From Eledone cirrhosa (Eukaryota), in the NCBI GenBank assembly GCA_964016885.1, contig OZ024755.1:30628001-30692000 (forward strand): DNA of 64,000 nucleotides, written 5' to 3'. The notes under the pieces were generated by a model. That model saw nothing but the letters and a program-made list of their open reading frames with translations. It did not search any database and was not told where the DNA came from. Made by a program: the position numbers and the translations under genes. Shown piece after piece: positions 13,351 to 25,759 of the stretch; within the stretch, counting starts at the first letter, position 1, and each line of letters starts with the position of its first letter.

Positions 13351-13897
13351 GAGATCACAGCTCCGATACTATGTGCATGTGGTTAGAATGTCTCAGGAGA
13401 AAATCGCTGGAGAGTCACTCCAGGTGGAGCCACTACTTCTCTGAATTGAGAGATCACAGCTCCGATACTATGTGCATGTGGTTAGAATGTCTCAGGAGAA
13501 AATCGCTGGAGAGTCACTCCAGGTGGAGCCACTACTTCTCTGAATTGAGAGATCACAGCTCCGATACTATGTGCATGTGGTTAGAATGTCTCAGGAGAAA
13601 ATCGCTGGAGAGTCACTCCAGGTGGAGCCACTACTTCTCTGAATTGAGAGATCACAGCTCCGATACTATGGGCATGCGGTTAGAATGTCTCAGGAGAAAA
13701 TCGCTGGACGAATTTTACTGGACAAAACCAACCGGCAGGAGACCCAGTGGTAGACTCCAAGCAAGATGGTTAGATAACATCCATTGGTTGGTCACGCTTA
13801 GGATCCAGCCAGATCAGTTGGAGACAGTTGCTCCTGACAGAACCCACTGGAAGGAGTGTTTGAGGAATAAGTGGGCGAAGAAGAAGAAAAAGAAGAT
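13351..13897 (+). mobile_element. RTE-type LINE 3' end with (GAA)n tail and a 99-bp tandem amplification (x3.6) at its 5' junction
   Basis: Unit starts at 13351, 13450, 13549, 13648; KPTGRRPSGRLQARWLDNI and DRTHW resemble the RTE ORF C-terminus. Confidence 0.8.
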
Positions 13898-14652
13898 GCT
13901 CATTTTCAGACATTCTATTTAACCTGCCGAGGAGGTTTATACAGACCGAAACATGACTTCCTTTGTCTCCTGTATTTTCCGAAAACATTGAAATAATACT
14001 ATTTTTTCTTACAACATAAGTTCTTTCTAATTAATAATTTAATGTTCAGTGTCTTAAATATGGTAACCCCAAATGTATCATTGCTTTTTGCGTGCAGAGA
14101 GATTAAGTAATGTTTAGTCCGAACTACTTTTCCTCGTCGAATATTTTATTGTACCTCCGCCTTTTAATTCTCAATGTACTTACTACGCTTACGCCCACCT
14201 TCTTCCTTAAACCATTAAAAACGAGAATCTACATCCGGCTACAGGCACACCTTTTATCGGACATAGACTGCGAATACTACGAAAATTATCGTAAAAACAA
14301 GATAGATACGGATTTAAAATCTCGTCGTTATATAAAGTATGATGTTGAATGGCTGCCCTTCCGGCATCTTCAACTAATACAATTATATCCAAATGGAAGC
14401 TCTCCAAATGTAGTATTGAAGACGGATGTGCTTTAAACAAAACTTTGTAATCAACAACTTGCATCAAAGTAGATTTTTGTTTCTATAAAATTAAGTGAAC
14501 TAAAATTGATCGAATATAACAAACTATTGAAAGCCAGAACTACAGAATGGCCACTGAAAAACTTTTTTTTCTTTTGCCGGTTATAGTGCATCCCTTGTTG
14601 TTTATCACACATAATACTGACAAAAATCCATTACTTATATTTCCAAATAAAA

Positions 14653-14872
14653 TAATTGTTTCTACTATAGGCACAAGGTTATCAATTTTGGGGAAGGCAA
14701 AGTCGATTAAATCGACCCCCCAGTGCGTGACTGGTACTTTATTTTATCGACCCTGTAAGGATGAAAGGCAAAGTTAACCTCGGCGGGATTTGAAATCAGA
14801 GCGTAAAGGGCCGTAACACTATGTCACGAAGCATTTGGTCCGGCGCTCTTCCGATTCTGCCAATGCACCGCT
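14653..14872 (-). mobile_element. SINE family A, long variant with gtcgattaaatcgac hairpin
   Basis: Same head and core plus an extra segment also seen at ~19400, ~30270, ~32350 and ~39560. Confidence 0.88.
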
Positions 14873-15793
14873 CTTTTTCTAATAATAATAATAAAACATA
14901 GTTGGAAGAACTTAAATGGGATGGATCTTAATCAACGTTGTTTGTTTAGCAGGTCAACAGAGAAATTGTGTGTGTGTGTGTGTGCGCTTGTGTGCGTGTG
15001 CGTGACAGCTGGTTGATTATTACCATTATATTTAACATGTGTTTACAACTAAATTTCTTTTAAAATAATATAAACATAGTTAGTCCCCATTTTTAATCCT
15101 ATAGGAAGATCTGCTTCGTAGAATCAAGACGTATCTGAGGACCTTGCGATTTTCAGAGTCAGGTTCGATCATCACATCGATCGTGCCTCGAGCTGGTCGC
15201 CAGAGAAACAATTGTAATATGTCCAATAAATTCCATTCGTCGCAATACTGATTCTTTTTTTCGGTGATATCATAATCTGCTCTATGAGGGCATCGAGTGC
15301 TCAAACAGCCTACCGCATACGGACGCTTTAAGCATCCAACACCAATTATATATATATATATTGCTGTCGTTCATTTATCTAATATTTCCTCATAGATGCC
15401 TTTTAATCTTATAGCCTGGTCTAATTGATTTTTTATGTGGTTGATTATGCTAATTGGGAGAGGAAATGGTGTATATATATATTATCAAATGATTCTTTGG
15501 ACATACTTTATAGTATATATATATATATATAAAAGAAAACTTTTTTTCGCTCTACATGCCTGAATACAATAAATGTAATCTGACTTTTTCTAATATTAAT
15601 AATAACATTCGATTCGTTTGCAATTATGCAAACAAGCCTCAATTGTATAGCCATGTCAGTAGAATGAACCCTTCATTCTTGCTCTTGCGTTGGAATGTGA
15701 ACAGAACTGCAGGCACTAATGTTTCTGGGTATCACCCTTCATCAGTACAGCTCACTGTTCACCTGCCAAACTGTCAGAGCTAGTGAAAATATA

Positions 15794-16326
15794 TGGTAGT
15801 TTCAAAAATACACAATGACTGATCGGCCTAATCAACCTCAGGACCGACTTCTTTGGTACATGTAAACACCACAGGGCCGGAACCTTCCTCAAGCTATATG
15901 GATAACAATCCATTAGGATGGGAACTTCCCTCAAGCTATAGGGACAGCAGCCCCGTCACACTGAGCCCAAGGTAAACCTCTCCCTACACCCGCCTCTATC
16001 CCCGCCTCGATCGACCCCTATAGCAATACACTTACCTAGCAGCTAAAACCATGCCTCACACCGCTGTGGTTAATCCCTCTCTCTCACTTCCTTAGCCAGA
16101 ACTCAAGTTAGCTGATATTAGATGATATAAATAGACTAAGTACATCAGTGGAGTCCTATCCTCTGTGCAAACAGGCACCCCAAGTTCCTGACCAGCGGGC
16201 CCCAACGACCAACCCCAGCTTGTGACCCGAATACCCGGAGGATATCCTGTCTCGAACCCGACCCTCTCCGCACGCATGAGTCAGTGATAAATACCACAAG
16301 TAAATAGGACGCGCCTATTACTACCA
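15794..16326 (+). mobile_element. Probable solo LTR
   Basis: 533-bp GC-richer block with TG...CA ends and 7-bp terminal inverted repeats tggtagt/actacca; no clean TSD. Confidence 0.5.
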
Positions 16327-16865
16327 CTTACCCCTCTCCCCACCTCCAGATGTGACTTTTGACCCTGTGTCCGTGTATGTGTATCCAAATGTAGGCGTAT
16401 ATGGAATTGTGCGTATGCATGTATGCGTGTGTGTGACTGTGTATACGTAATATGGGAATGCACCTGAGCGTGTGTGTGACTGTGTATACGTAATATGGGA
16501 ATGCACCTGAGCCTGTGTGTGTACGTGTGTGCTTGCAACGGTGTGCGTTGAAGAACATACACGCATGTGTACTTTATGCTGAAATAAGAATTGTAGTCCT
16601 TTTCAATTTCACTCCAGTTTTACCTCATTTGTTTTTAAAACGCACCCATCTCTTGTTTGACTGTGTGGACGTAAATAGGTGAATGCACCGAGCCTGTGTT
16701 TATACATGTGCATGCGCAACGGTGTGCGTTGACGGACAATCACACGTACGTACTCTATGCTAAAATAAGAAGTGTAATTCTTTACACTTTTCGATTCTGA
16801 CACAGGTTTTTTATTTCAGTTTATATTTTTCCAAATTTATTATATTGGTTGTAACACACACGCAT

Positions 16866-17050
16866 TGTGGATTGGCAGTGTCGGTAGAGGGTCGGACGCC
16901 ATGCTTTCCAGCATCGTTACGTCCCTTTACGATCTGAGTTCAAATTCCGCCGAGGTTGACTTTATTTTATCGACCCCGTAAGGATGAAAGCCAAAGTACC
17001 AGTAATGCACTGGGTATTTGCTGGCCTTGTGCCTAAAATAGAAACAATTA
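16866..17050 (+). mobile_element. SINE family A with inverted core
   Basis: Core reads ctttattttatcgaccccgtaaggatgaaagccaaag, the reverse complement of the usual core, between normal flanks. Confidence 0.9.
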
Positions 17051-17059
17051 TTTATTTGT

Positions 17060-17505
17060 TTGGCATCCCCCACCACGTGACATGGAAGCAGGATAGATGC
17101 CAGTCTACACACAAATTCTTCAGACCACAGCAGCAGCATACTAAGGTTGACCTGCTAGCTGAACTCTTAACACCACTACCAACACAGTAAAGGAGGTCAG
17201 CTGTATTTAGACATTCTGATAAAAACAACTATAACAGGCTGACCTGTCTCAGCAGAATTTCTATAGACATTCGACTGGCGAGTGGTCTGACAACTGAACA
17301 ATGGGATACGAGCGTGTCCTCTGACGCTGAAATTCGTTTGTTCTAGCCCATATGATTCCAGTTACTCGGAGGACTAACAACACACCCAGGAGCTGGACAT
17401 ATCGATGTATTGACAGAGTGGAGCACACTTCAACAACATGTGTACCTATCTTTTTCACACCAATTCGGACTGCCTGAAGAAGTCACAGTCAATAATGGCT
17501 GTCAC
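17060..17505 (+). pseudogene. Degenerate Gypsy-like integrase fragment
   Basis: HQFGLPEEVTVNNG resembles the integrase motif FGxPxxIxSDNG. Confidence 0.45.
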
Positions 17506-17687
17506 CGAAATATATATAGCAGTATATCTATAATTTATAATAAACGAAGCCAAATTTTATGTTTGACTTACTTATTTTACATTATTCCGGAGTAAACAAA
17601 CCAACCTGCATACTTCGTCGAGTGCTCCAATCTGCATACTGAGGTGTCGGTAATATAATCAAAATTAATTTATATATAGAGAGAGAG

Positions 17688-17830
17688 AGAAATGGCTTCT
17701 ACAGGACTAAAATTGTTTCATTCGAAGGAAATCAGTTCTAATCCTGTAGAAGCCATTTCTATATCAAATATTTATACTGTGCTATATATTGAGTATCTTA
17801 CTGTGGTTACCCCCGATTGAACCCGAGATA
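17688..17830 (+). mobile_element. Short fold-back element with tail
   Basis: agaaatggcttctacagga / tcctgtagaagccatttct arms; tail contains tatattgagtat. Confidence 0.65.
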
Positions 17831-18144
17831 CACACATACACACACACATATATATATATTAACTATAATAAAGGAAGGTCTGCGGGATTGCGTCCAGAAT
17901 ATATATTTTTTACCCCGTTTGTAAAATAAGTTGGATTACTTTGAATAAATAATGAATTAATATTACATGATTTATGTGCTAAATTTCGTTGCTGTTGATT
18001 AAATATAATTTATAGCTTCATCTTTAATATTCACTTCTTTAAAATTATCAAATGTCAACACTTCCGGTTAGCGGCCGTTATATTATAACACTTATAATCG
18101 CATATATTTCCGTCGCTAATTTTCTCCTAATGCAGTTTATATAT

Positions 18145-18332
18145 AATTGTTTCTACTTTAGGCACAAGGCCAGCAATTACCCAGTGCATTACTGGTACTT
18201 TATTTTATCGAGGCCGTAAGGATGAAAGGCAAAGTCAACCTCGGCGGGATTTGAACTCAGATCGTAAAGGGACGTAACTATGCTGGAAAGCATGGCGTCC
18301 GACCCTCTACCGATACTGCCAATCCACCGCCC
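18145..18332 (-). mobile_element. Young SINE family A with TSD tttatatataat
   Basis: Near-consensus copy; direct repeat on both sides. Confidence 0.93.
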
Positions 18333-18920
18333 TTTATATATAATGTCTTTTTTTTAATATATCATGGATTACTGATTACATAAGGCAGTGTAACATAGGC
18401 TTTGTTCAATTTCTGTGTATATTGTCAATTACGATTTTATTTGATGTATCATATTTACATGCATATATATACTTGTGTATAATATCAATATACACACTAC
18501 ACATGCTAGCAGAAAACCACCCATGGGTGGTTTTTCTGCTAGTATATATAATAGTAGAACACTGGAGGGGTATATCGGTAGTAGTAGTAGAACACTGAAT
18601 CCATCCGTAAGGATGAAAGGCAAAGTTAACCTTGGCGGGACCGTAAAGGGACGTAACTATGCTGGAAAGCATGGCGTCCGACCTTCTACTGATACTGCCA
18701 ATCCCCCGATAAATAAATAATATGGCAGTTTTATTTGTCAACCACCCTATAAATCAATATTCCAGACTTGTAGGGCAAGTCTTTTAAAGAACCGAGACAC
18801 AGTTTACATATGTCCGTATTAGCAAATAAATGAATTGTTTAGATAATGCCTAGCATTGCACAATATTTCCTATGTATCTATAATCATTAACTGTAAGAAG
18901 TAGTATGTGTGTTGTAAGAT

Positions 18921-19108
18921 AATTGTTTCTACTTTAGGCACAAGGCCAGCAATTACCCAGTGCATTACTGGTACTTTATTTTATCGACCCCGTAAGGATG
19001 AAAGGCAAAGTCAACCTCGGCGGGATTTGAACTCAGATCGTAAAGGGACGTAACTATGCTGGAAAGCATGGCGTCCGACCCTCTACCGATACTGCCAATC
19101 CACCGCCC
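18921..19108 (-). mobile_element. Young SINE family A with 18-bp TSD
   Basis: tgtgtgttgtaagataat at 18906-18923 and 19109-19126. Confidence 0.95.
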
Positions 19109-20143
19109 TGTGTGTTGTAAGATAATGATTTCTACTTTAGCCGCAAGGCCAGCAATTCTTGGGCGGGGGGGGGGGGCGATTAAATTGACCCCAGTACATT
19201 ACTGGTGAGATGAACTATTATATCTAGGACATTCACTTCAATATTTTTTTTTTTATCGGATACTTTAGATAGTGTAGCACTAGAGAAATGCTGATGGAAT
19301 TGTAATGGCAAGAATTGTTTCATCATGATTCCGCTACATCAAAGATCTCCTCACCTAAAAGATGATGATTTCTGATTTTAGGGAACAAGAACAACAATTT
19401 GAAGGGGAGGGGAAAGTCGATTAAATCGAACCCAGTGTACTTTATTTTGGTACTTTATTTTGTCGATCCCGTAAGGATGAAAGACAAAGTTAACCTCAGC
19501 GGGATTCGAACTCAGGACGTAAAGGGCCAAAACTCTATGTCACTAAGCATGTTATCTGACCCTCTACCGATTCTGCCATGTGAATAATGTTACTTATTTC
19601 GACATCTGTTCAGTTATTTGCCAGTAGATAGCGATAATTTCTACTAAAGGTTAACGGCAACTAATCTAACCCAGCAATCTTTATCTCCCAGTCTGTGAAA
19701 AAACTCTGTTCACCTTCGACCACATAATAATGTGTATGCCAATGAGGTATCCTCTTTGTAGTCCATCTACAAATATCAGCTTGCTAATTCTCTCACTCAC
19801 ACTCACACATTATCTCTCTACATCTCTCTCGTTCTCTCTTTCACTCTCTCAAATCACACGCTAACATCCCAAAACGAGAAAACATTCGACGTATTTTGCG
19901 AAGTTGGTATAACCGAAGTAAGCATTTACTATTAATAATTGTTTCTAATTTGGCAGAAGGCCAGCAATTACCCCCAGTATATTACTGGAACTTTATTAAA
20001 TCGACCCCGTAAAGATGAAAGGCAAATGCTTTCTAATATTGGTACAAAACCAGCAATTTAATAAACTAAATTTTGTCTATCCACTTTATAAGTCCTTCAC
20101 TCAGTACATGCTTAATGTATTTGTTACACAAACTATAAACAAA

Positions 20144-20195
<52 letters not shown>

Positions 20196-20255
20196 CAATA
20201 TCGGTCTCAACACACGTTTTCAGATAAAGAATCTTGCTAAACAAATTCAGAAACG

Positions 20256-20322
<67 letters not shown>

Positions 20323-20327
<5 letters not shown>

Positions 20328-20683
20328 AGAATATTTTCGAAACAGCGAGTGGGTTTGAAATTATTAGAAATGTAAGCTATCGCCGTATTTTGACTAAAGA
20401 AATTAAAGAAATTATTTAGCCTGGTAGTGGGGTTAAGAACCTTCGGAGAAATGGAAAAAGATGAGTATTGACGTACATGGGAGTCGAACCCACATCTTTG
20501 GTTATCCGGGGTGATGTGTTGGTGTAAATGGTAGCACAGTGTTCCGGATAACCAAAGATGTGGGTTCGACTCCCATGTACGTCAATACTCATCTTTTTCC
20601 ATTTCTCCGAAGGTTCTTAACCCCACTACCAGGCTAAATAATTTCTTTAATTTCTTTAGTCAAAATACGGCGATAGCTTACAT
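20323..20683 (-). mobile_element. Fold-back element with tRNA-derived head (candidate PLE-mobilised SINE)
   Basis: 140-bp arms 20370-20509 / 20544-20683 appear identical; 47-bp unpaired tail at 20323-20369; TA tracts on both sides. Confidence 0.8.
20513..20584 (+). pseudogene. tRNA-like head (72 nt) with Pol III A and B boxes; anticodon arm degenerate
   Basis: Acceptor gatgtgt/gtacgtc, D arm gtgt-aaatggta-gcac, T arm gtggg-ttcgact-cccat; A box tggtgtaaatgg, B box ggttcgactcc. Confidence 0.8.
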
Positions 20684-21032
20684 ATATATATATATTCAAT
20701 GTGGTCTACCTTTCGTTGTAGGGTCTATACCGTAGTTAGAACTCAGTGTAATCCGTTAGAATATGTAAAATAACTTGCCTCTGTTATTATTATCATTGTT
20801 AAAATAATATCTCATATATATATATATGAAAGAAGGAAAGGGTCGAAACTAATATCTTATATATATATATATAACCAAAGATTAATATGGTTCATTGATT
20901 ACTCAATGAACATAGTTTTACAATAGATTAAAAGCACTCTACAGTGAAGTTTTCTGGAGTTATTAATATTATTCGGAATATTAAAAATGAATGAACCATC
21001 AAGACCGTTGAGGTATGTCATACATCAATTCA

Positions 21033-21100
21033 TGTATTTTATCTGACGAGGACGTACTGAAAAAACAGCACAGTACCTTCGAAATATATATAATAAAACA
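21033..21100 (+). ncRNA. Minimal type I hammerhead ribozyme
   Basis: ttttat-CTGACGA-stem II (gtactg/cagtac)-GAAA-t-atat-a-TA-ataaaa; core, UH site and stem I all present. Confidence 0.78.
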
Positions 21101-21136
21101 TATATTTTGTGAATGTCTTCATTTATTAATATTCTG

Positions 21137-21174
<38 letters not shown>

Positions 21175-21213
21175 GATATTAACAAATGGAAACTATATTT
21201 ATAAAACCATATC

Positions 21214-21278
21214 TATTTTATTATACATATTTCAAGGATACCATGTTAAATTATGGTATGCTTTCATCAGACAAAATA
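21214..21278 (-). ncRNA. Minimal type I hammerhead ribozyme (left-arm mirror copy)
   Basis: Reverse complement of 21404-21468 with slightly better stem II (aag-c-ataccat/atggtat-c-ctt). Confidence 0.78.
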
Positions 21279-21403
21279 CAATATATACCAGTTTTATAAA
21301 TAAACATTGACGTACCCTTTCACTATCCTTGATGTCTTCCAAAAGTAACGGTTGCTTTTTGAAAGGGTACGTCAATGTTTATTTATAAAACTGGTATATA
21401 TTG

Positions 21404-21468
21404 TATTTTGTCTGATGAAAGCATACCATAATTTAACATGGTATCATTGAAATATGTATAATAAAATA
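21404..21468 (+). ncRNA. Minimal type I hammerhead ribozyme
   Basis: tattttgt-CTGATGA-stem II (ataccat/atggtat)-GAAA-t-atgt-a-TA-ataaaata; 8-bp stem I; predicted cut after 21460. Confidence 0.8.
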
Positions 21469-21614
21469 GATATGGTTTTATAAATATAGTTTCCATTTGT
21501 TAATATCGTATATTTACTCCAAATACTTGTCGAGTGCTTTATATCAGTTATAAAAATATTTGCTTGTTGTATCCCAACAATTTAAATAGAACTTTTGCAT
21601 ATATATATATATAT

Positions 21615-21840
21615 ATAGGAACAAGTAAGACCCCGACGGCTGAGCTCAAGCCGTTTCGACGGCTAATTCTGGACTCCAGAATTAGCTGATTCTGGAGTCC
21701 AGAATTAGCCGTCGAAACGGCTTGAGCTCAGCCGTCGGGGTCTTACTTGTTCCTATTACCCACTCTACTACCCTAAGTATTGAGTACTTTGGTGCGTTAT
21801 GGTCCACCTGGTTCCTTACCACATTTCCTTCGTTATATAT
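21615..21840 (+). mobile_element. Near-perfect 142-bp palindrome (21615-21756) plus 84-bp tail
   Basis: Axis at 21685/21686; tail ttacccactctactaccctaagtattgagtactttggtgcg shared with 47605-47686. Confidence 0.85.
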
Positions 21841-21847
21841 GGGAAAA

Positions 21848-22025
21848 TGGCAGTATCGGTAGAGGGTCAGACGCCATGCTTTCTAGCATAGTTACGTCCC
21901 TTTACGGTCTGAGTTCAAATCCCGCCGAGGTTAACTTTGCCTTTCATCCTTACGGGGTCGATAAAATAAAGTACCAGTAATGTAGTGGGTAATTGCTGGC
22001 CTTGTGCCTAAAGTAGAAACAGTTA
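21848..22025 (+). mobile_element. SINE family A
   Basis: A box, B box, core, tail. Confidence 0.92.
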
Positions 22026-22084
22026 TATATATATATATATATATATCAGAAACTGTTGAAATGGCCGGAGCTCATACATATATA

Positions 22085-23300
22085 TATACCTCCATTCCAC
22101 CGTCTAACATAGACCCCATTGGTGTCACTGTTGATACGGAAGCTATCAATGTTTATACGGAAGCTATCAATGTAGCTTAGTATCTTCCTGGTTTTGATAT
22201 CCAAGTTGCAAACATCTTCAAGTGTACTGACGTTGGAACGGCCAAAGCATTATGGCTGTAGTTTTATTAACTACAGACAGTTCTAATATCCATACTTTTT
22301 AAAGTCTGCTGAGATATTTGTAGTTCAATCTAGTTTTACTCACAACATCAACATATTCAACGTTCATTTCTATTGAAAAGTGCTTGTATAGCACTTTCTA
22401 CTAGTGATTAGGACAATAGACAGGCCATTAATATCTATATTATTTATCTGGTCGGCGGTAGATTGGCAGTATCAGTAGAGGGTCGTACGCCATGCTTTGA
22501 CACATAGAGTTACGGCCCTCGCCATTCTGAGTTCAAATCCCGCCGAGGTTAACTTTGCCTTTCATCCTTACGGGGTCGATAAAATAAAGTACCAGTAATG
22601 CACTGGGTAATTGCTGGCATTGTGCCAAAAAAAAAAAGTAGAAACAATTATTATTAGCGTCAGGCACCATGCTTTGCAGCACAGAGTTATGGTCCTTTGC
22701 GTTCTGTGTTCAAATCACGCCCAGGTTCACTTTGCCTTTCCTCCTTACCTGGTCGATAAATAGAGTACCAGTAATGCACTGGGGCTAATTGCTGACCTTG
22801 TGCCAAAAGTAGAAACAATTATTTATCTGGTCGGCAATTTTTCCTTGGATGATGACCAAATATGAGCTCTTGCCCTGAACCAATTCCATTCCTATGTCCT
22901 GTAAGAAGGCTCTGATTAGCTCTACCTGTCTTTTTGTGCTGTGAATATTACCTGAAAACAATTTATCAAAACTGATGAAAATGTGTGAATAATAAAGTTT
23001 TCTCTCTTCTGCAATGCTTTTAGTATATCCTCCCTGATACAGACAGGTGGTTCATTGTTAGCACGAACAAAATTACAAACAAGCTGTCACCTTGGAGTAA
23101 TCCAGCTGATAATTCAATTCTGTCTATAACTATAAATGTTGTTATAGTTTTAAAAACAACCGAGTAGTCAGTAAAAAGTTAGACTTTTAATAGCTTTAAT
23201 TATAGCAGATGAAATTTCAGCAATGCATAATGACTATAGTGTACAATAGTTGGGACAGATTTAATTGTCTTCTTAGACTCTAGAAATACAGAATTACATT
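22085..23300 (-). pseudogene. Degenerate R4/Dong-like (RLE-type) non-LTR reverse transcriptase fragment, interrupted by SINEs
   Basis: Manual translation gives LLQGDSLFVILFVLTMNHLS, FLQDIGMELVQGKSSYLVIIQGK, KKVWILELSVVNK and LDIKTRKIL in RT order. Confidence 0.7.
22454..22820 (+). mobile_element. SINE family A dimer flanked by a single TSD
   Basis: attatttatctggtc at 22439-22453 and 22818-22832. Confidence 0.88.
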
Positions 23301-23475
23301 ATTCAGTATGTCCGTAAAACAGTAGGTTGTGGTTTGGCTACTATATCTAAAGGTTTCAGCAATTAAGAAAAACAAACATTAGACATCATTCATTCTATCA
23401 GCTTCCATTTGAACTAGAATTGAGCTAGAATTGAACTAGAAACACCAGCCAAACCTCCTTTAAACAAAACTATTA

Positions 23476-23710
23476 TGTCTTCTTCTTCTTCTTCTTCTCC
23501 CACCTATTCATGGGAGGATTGTGGGGGCAAAGTCCATACACACTCCTTCTAGCGGGTCCTGTCAGAAGCAACCGTCTCCAACTGATCGGGCTGGATCCCC
23601 AAGCGTGACCAGCCAAGTTCATGAGAGTTATCCAACCATCTACCCTTGGCTCACCTGCCGGTTGGTTTTGCCCGTAAAATCTGTCAACTATTGTGTCAAC
23701 GAGGGAAATA
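23476..23710 (-). mobile_element. RTE-type LINE 3' end with (GAA)n tail
   Basis: Homologous to 13700-13897 and 60630-60890. Confidence 0.78.
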
Positions 23711-24214
23711 TCTACATCCATTCGGGTTCGATAAAGGTAGGACAAGCCCAATGATAGTCCAGCCCACTTTCCTTCCATCAGTCAGGTTATGGATGTTCCA
23801 ATGGATCAAAGGGAGGTAGGGTCGTGACCATATCTGTCTGTTCGTGACTACATGGACATCTAAAAGCCTTAGCGGAACCATGGTACATATTACTAAGTCA
23901 TACTTGATTATGAGTGACGGCTATAGTAGTTTGTTTTTTTTCCGTATTTAAGATTAGCAAGCATATCAACGTACTCTCCATATTAATGTAGGTTGTGTGT
24001 ATGTGCGTGTGCGCGTGCATGCGTGTGTGCGTGTGCTGTGTGTATGTGCGCGTGCATGCATGTGTGCGTATGTGCGTATGTGTATGTGCGTGCATGTATG
24101 TGTATGTATGTGCGTATGTGCGTGTGTGTGTGTGCGTGTGCATGTGTGTGTGTGCGTGTGCATGTGTGTGCGTGCATGAATGTGAATGTGTGCGGCGTAT
24201 ATATGTATGTGTGA

Positions 24215-24245
<31 letters not shown>

Positions 24246-24294
24246 CATGGGTGTGGTGTGGTGTGGTGTGGTGTGGTGTGGTGTGGTGTGGTGT

Positions 24295-24346
<52 letters not shown>

Positions 24347-24924
24347 GCGAGTATCTTGTAGTGTATCCTGTGACATTAAAAACGAAGATAAGATCACTAT
24401 CACCCCTCTTGCTATTTTCCTGGTAAAGTCGTGTACTTTTCTCGAGTAAGTGCAATGGCCTTGTTTTGTAGTTGAATTTTGTAATCTTTGTAAGACTTTT
24501 AGCAGTATAAATAAATGCTTTAGAAGCAGCTTCATGCAGATTCCTGTATTCTGTCGTTTTTCTCCCATATTCGCTAGTATTGGGGTTAAATAGTTTTGGG
24601 GCATTGAAAATTGATCTCTTGATTGTCATTAAACTTGAGACGGCCTTGTGTTATTTTCTGGCAGAAACAACCTATCCTAAATATTTTACGATTTTTGAAA
24701 ATGTAGGTTAATAATTAATAAAAACTTGGCCGCCATTTTTTTTTTTTTGCTGGTAGATCAGCCAGGTAAAGAATTCCTCGCTTGTTTGTGCAGTAATATA
24801 ATCGACGGAGATACATTCAAATTATTTCTTTTCTTATCGCTATTAGCTTAAATGTCCTTTCCTCATGGCGTAATAATTCATTTAGGTACAAAGGTTGCAT
24901 CACAATATCAACAAAGTGTCCTTG

Positions 24925-25085
24925 GCCCTAGGGCTACCTCCCTATTCACCACCATAGGCGCTGAGCTGGCGAGATGGAATGGCTCTTCCAGCGCATCTCC
25001 CTTACCATCCTCCGGGGAAACACCTTCTCCATTCTGTCCGCCGGGGCTGTGGGGAGGCCAGCATGTAGGACCCCATTTGCTCACC
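24925..25085 (+). mobile_element. GC-rich dispersed repeat, unclassified (also 55820-56090 minus, 58895-59940 plus)
   Basis: Shared ccctagggctacctccct...caccaccat...ctcttccagcgca...ctccgg...ttctgtcc. Confidence 0.75.
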
Positions 25086-25759
25086 ATACTGTTTAAGACA
25101 TATAATCTCTCTTTTTCTTTTATTTACTCATCAACTTATTTATATATTTGCTTTATACAATAGAACATACCCCACGGTAAAATGAAGTCAATAATCTTTT
25201 CTTTTTTTTTTAACACAGCTTGTATTGCCTGGGGATTCCTTATATCAACAAGGAGCAATTACCTTTGTAATACGAGTAGCAGCAACATCGTCAAGATCTG
25301 CAACGTTTCCCACATATCTGTCCTATTACCGAATACTGAGCTAACCACATGGTATAGACCTGTCAACTCTCCCCGTCCGACGAGGAGATTTGCAATGGCC
25401 TTTGTGGTGGGTGAGAGATGTCTTCTCTGGTGAAAATGGCTATAGCTTTCATTATGTAAAATCTCTCCATTTTGCCTCATGTCTACCCGTTTTGGGGCAC
25501 GTTTTTTCATGATACTTCCCGTTTGGATTTTTAGAGGTTGCGAGGTCTGACACCAAAATGTATAAAACTCACAAATCTTACCCTTTCCTGATTTCTTAAA
25601 ATTCTATATATTGCCCCTATCATAAGCAAATATTTACACATATGTTATGACGGTCAGACCTGTCAACTCTCCCCGTCCGATTGGCAGATCACCCATCCAC
25701 TTTGGGGTGGGTGAGAGATGTCTATTCTTGTGAAAATGGGTATAGCTTTCATTGGTCAT

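Larger units (their letters stand above)
21169..21598 (+). mobile_element. Hammerhead-bearing fold-back element, 154-bp arms 21169-21322 / 21360-21513 plus 85-bp tail
   Basis: Arms differ at one visible position; flanked by (TA)n on both sides. Confidence 0.85.

Noticed and set aside
15090-15170. Possible host exon after ttttaatcctatag (EDLLRRIKTYLRTLRFSES)
   Set aside because: Weak donor, no recognisable domain, no partner exons
20513-20584. Functional tRNA gene
   Set aside because: Anticodon stem mispaired, no U33, three G-U pairs in the acceptor stem; treated as a SINE-like head
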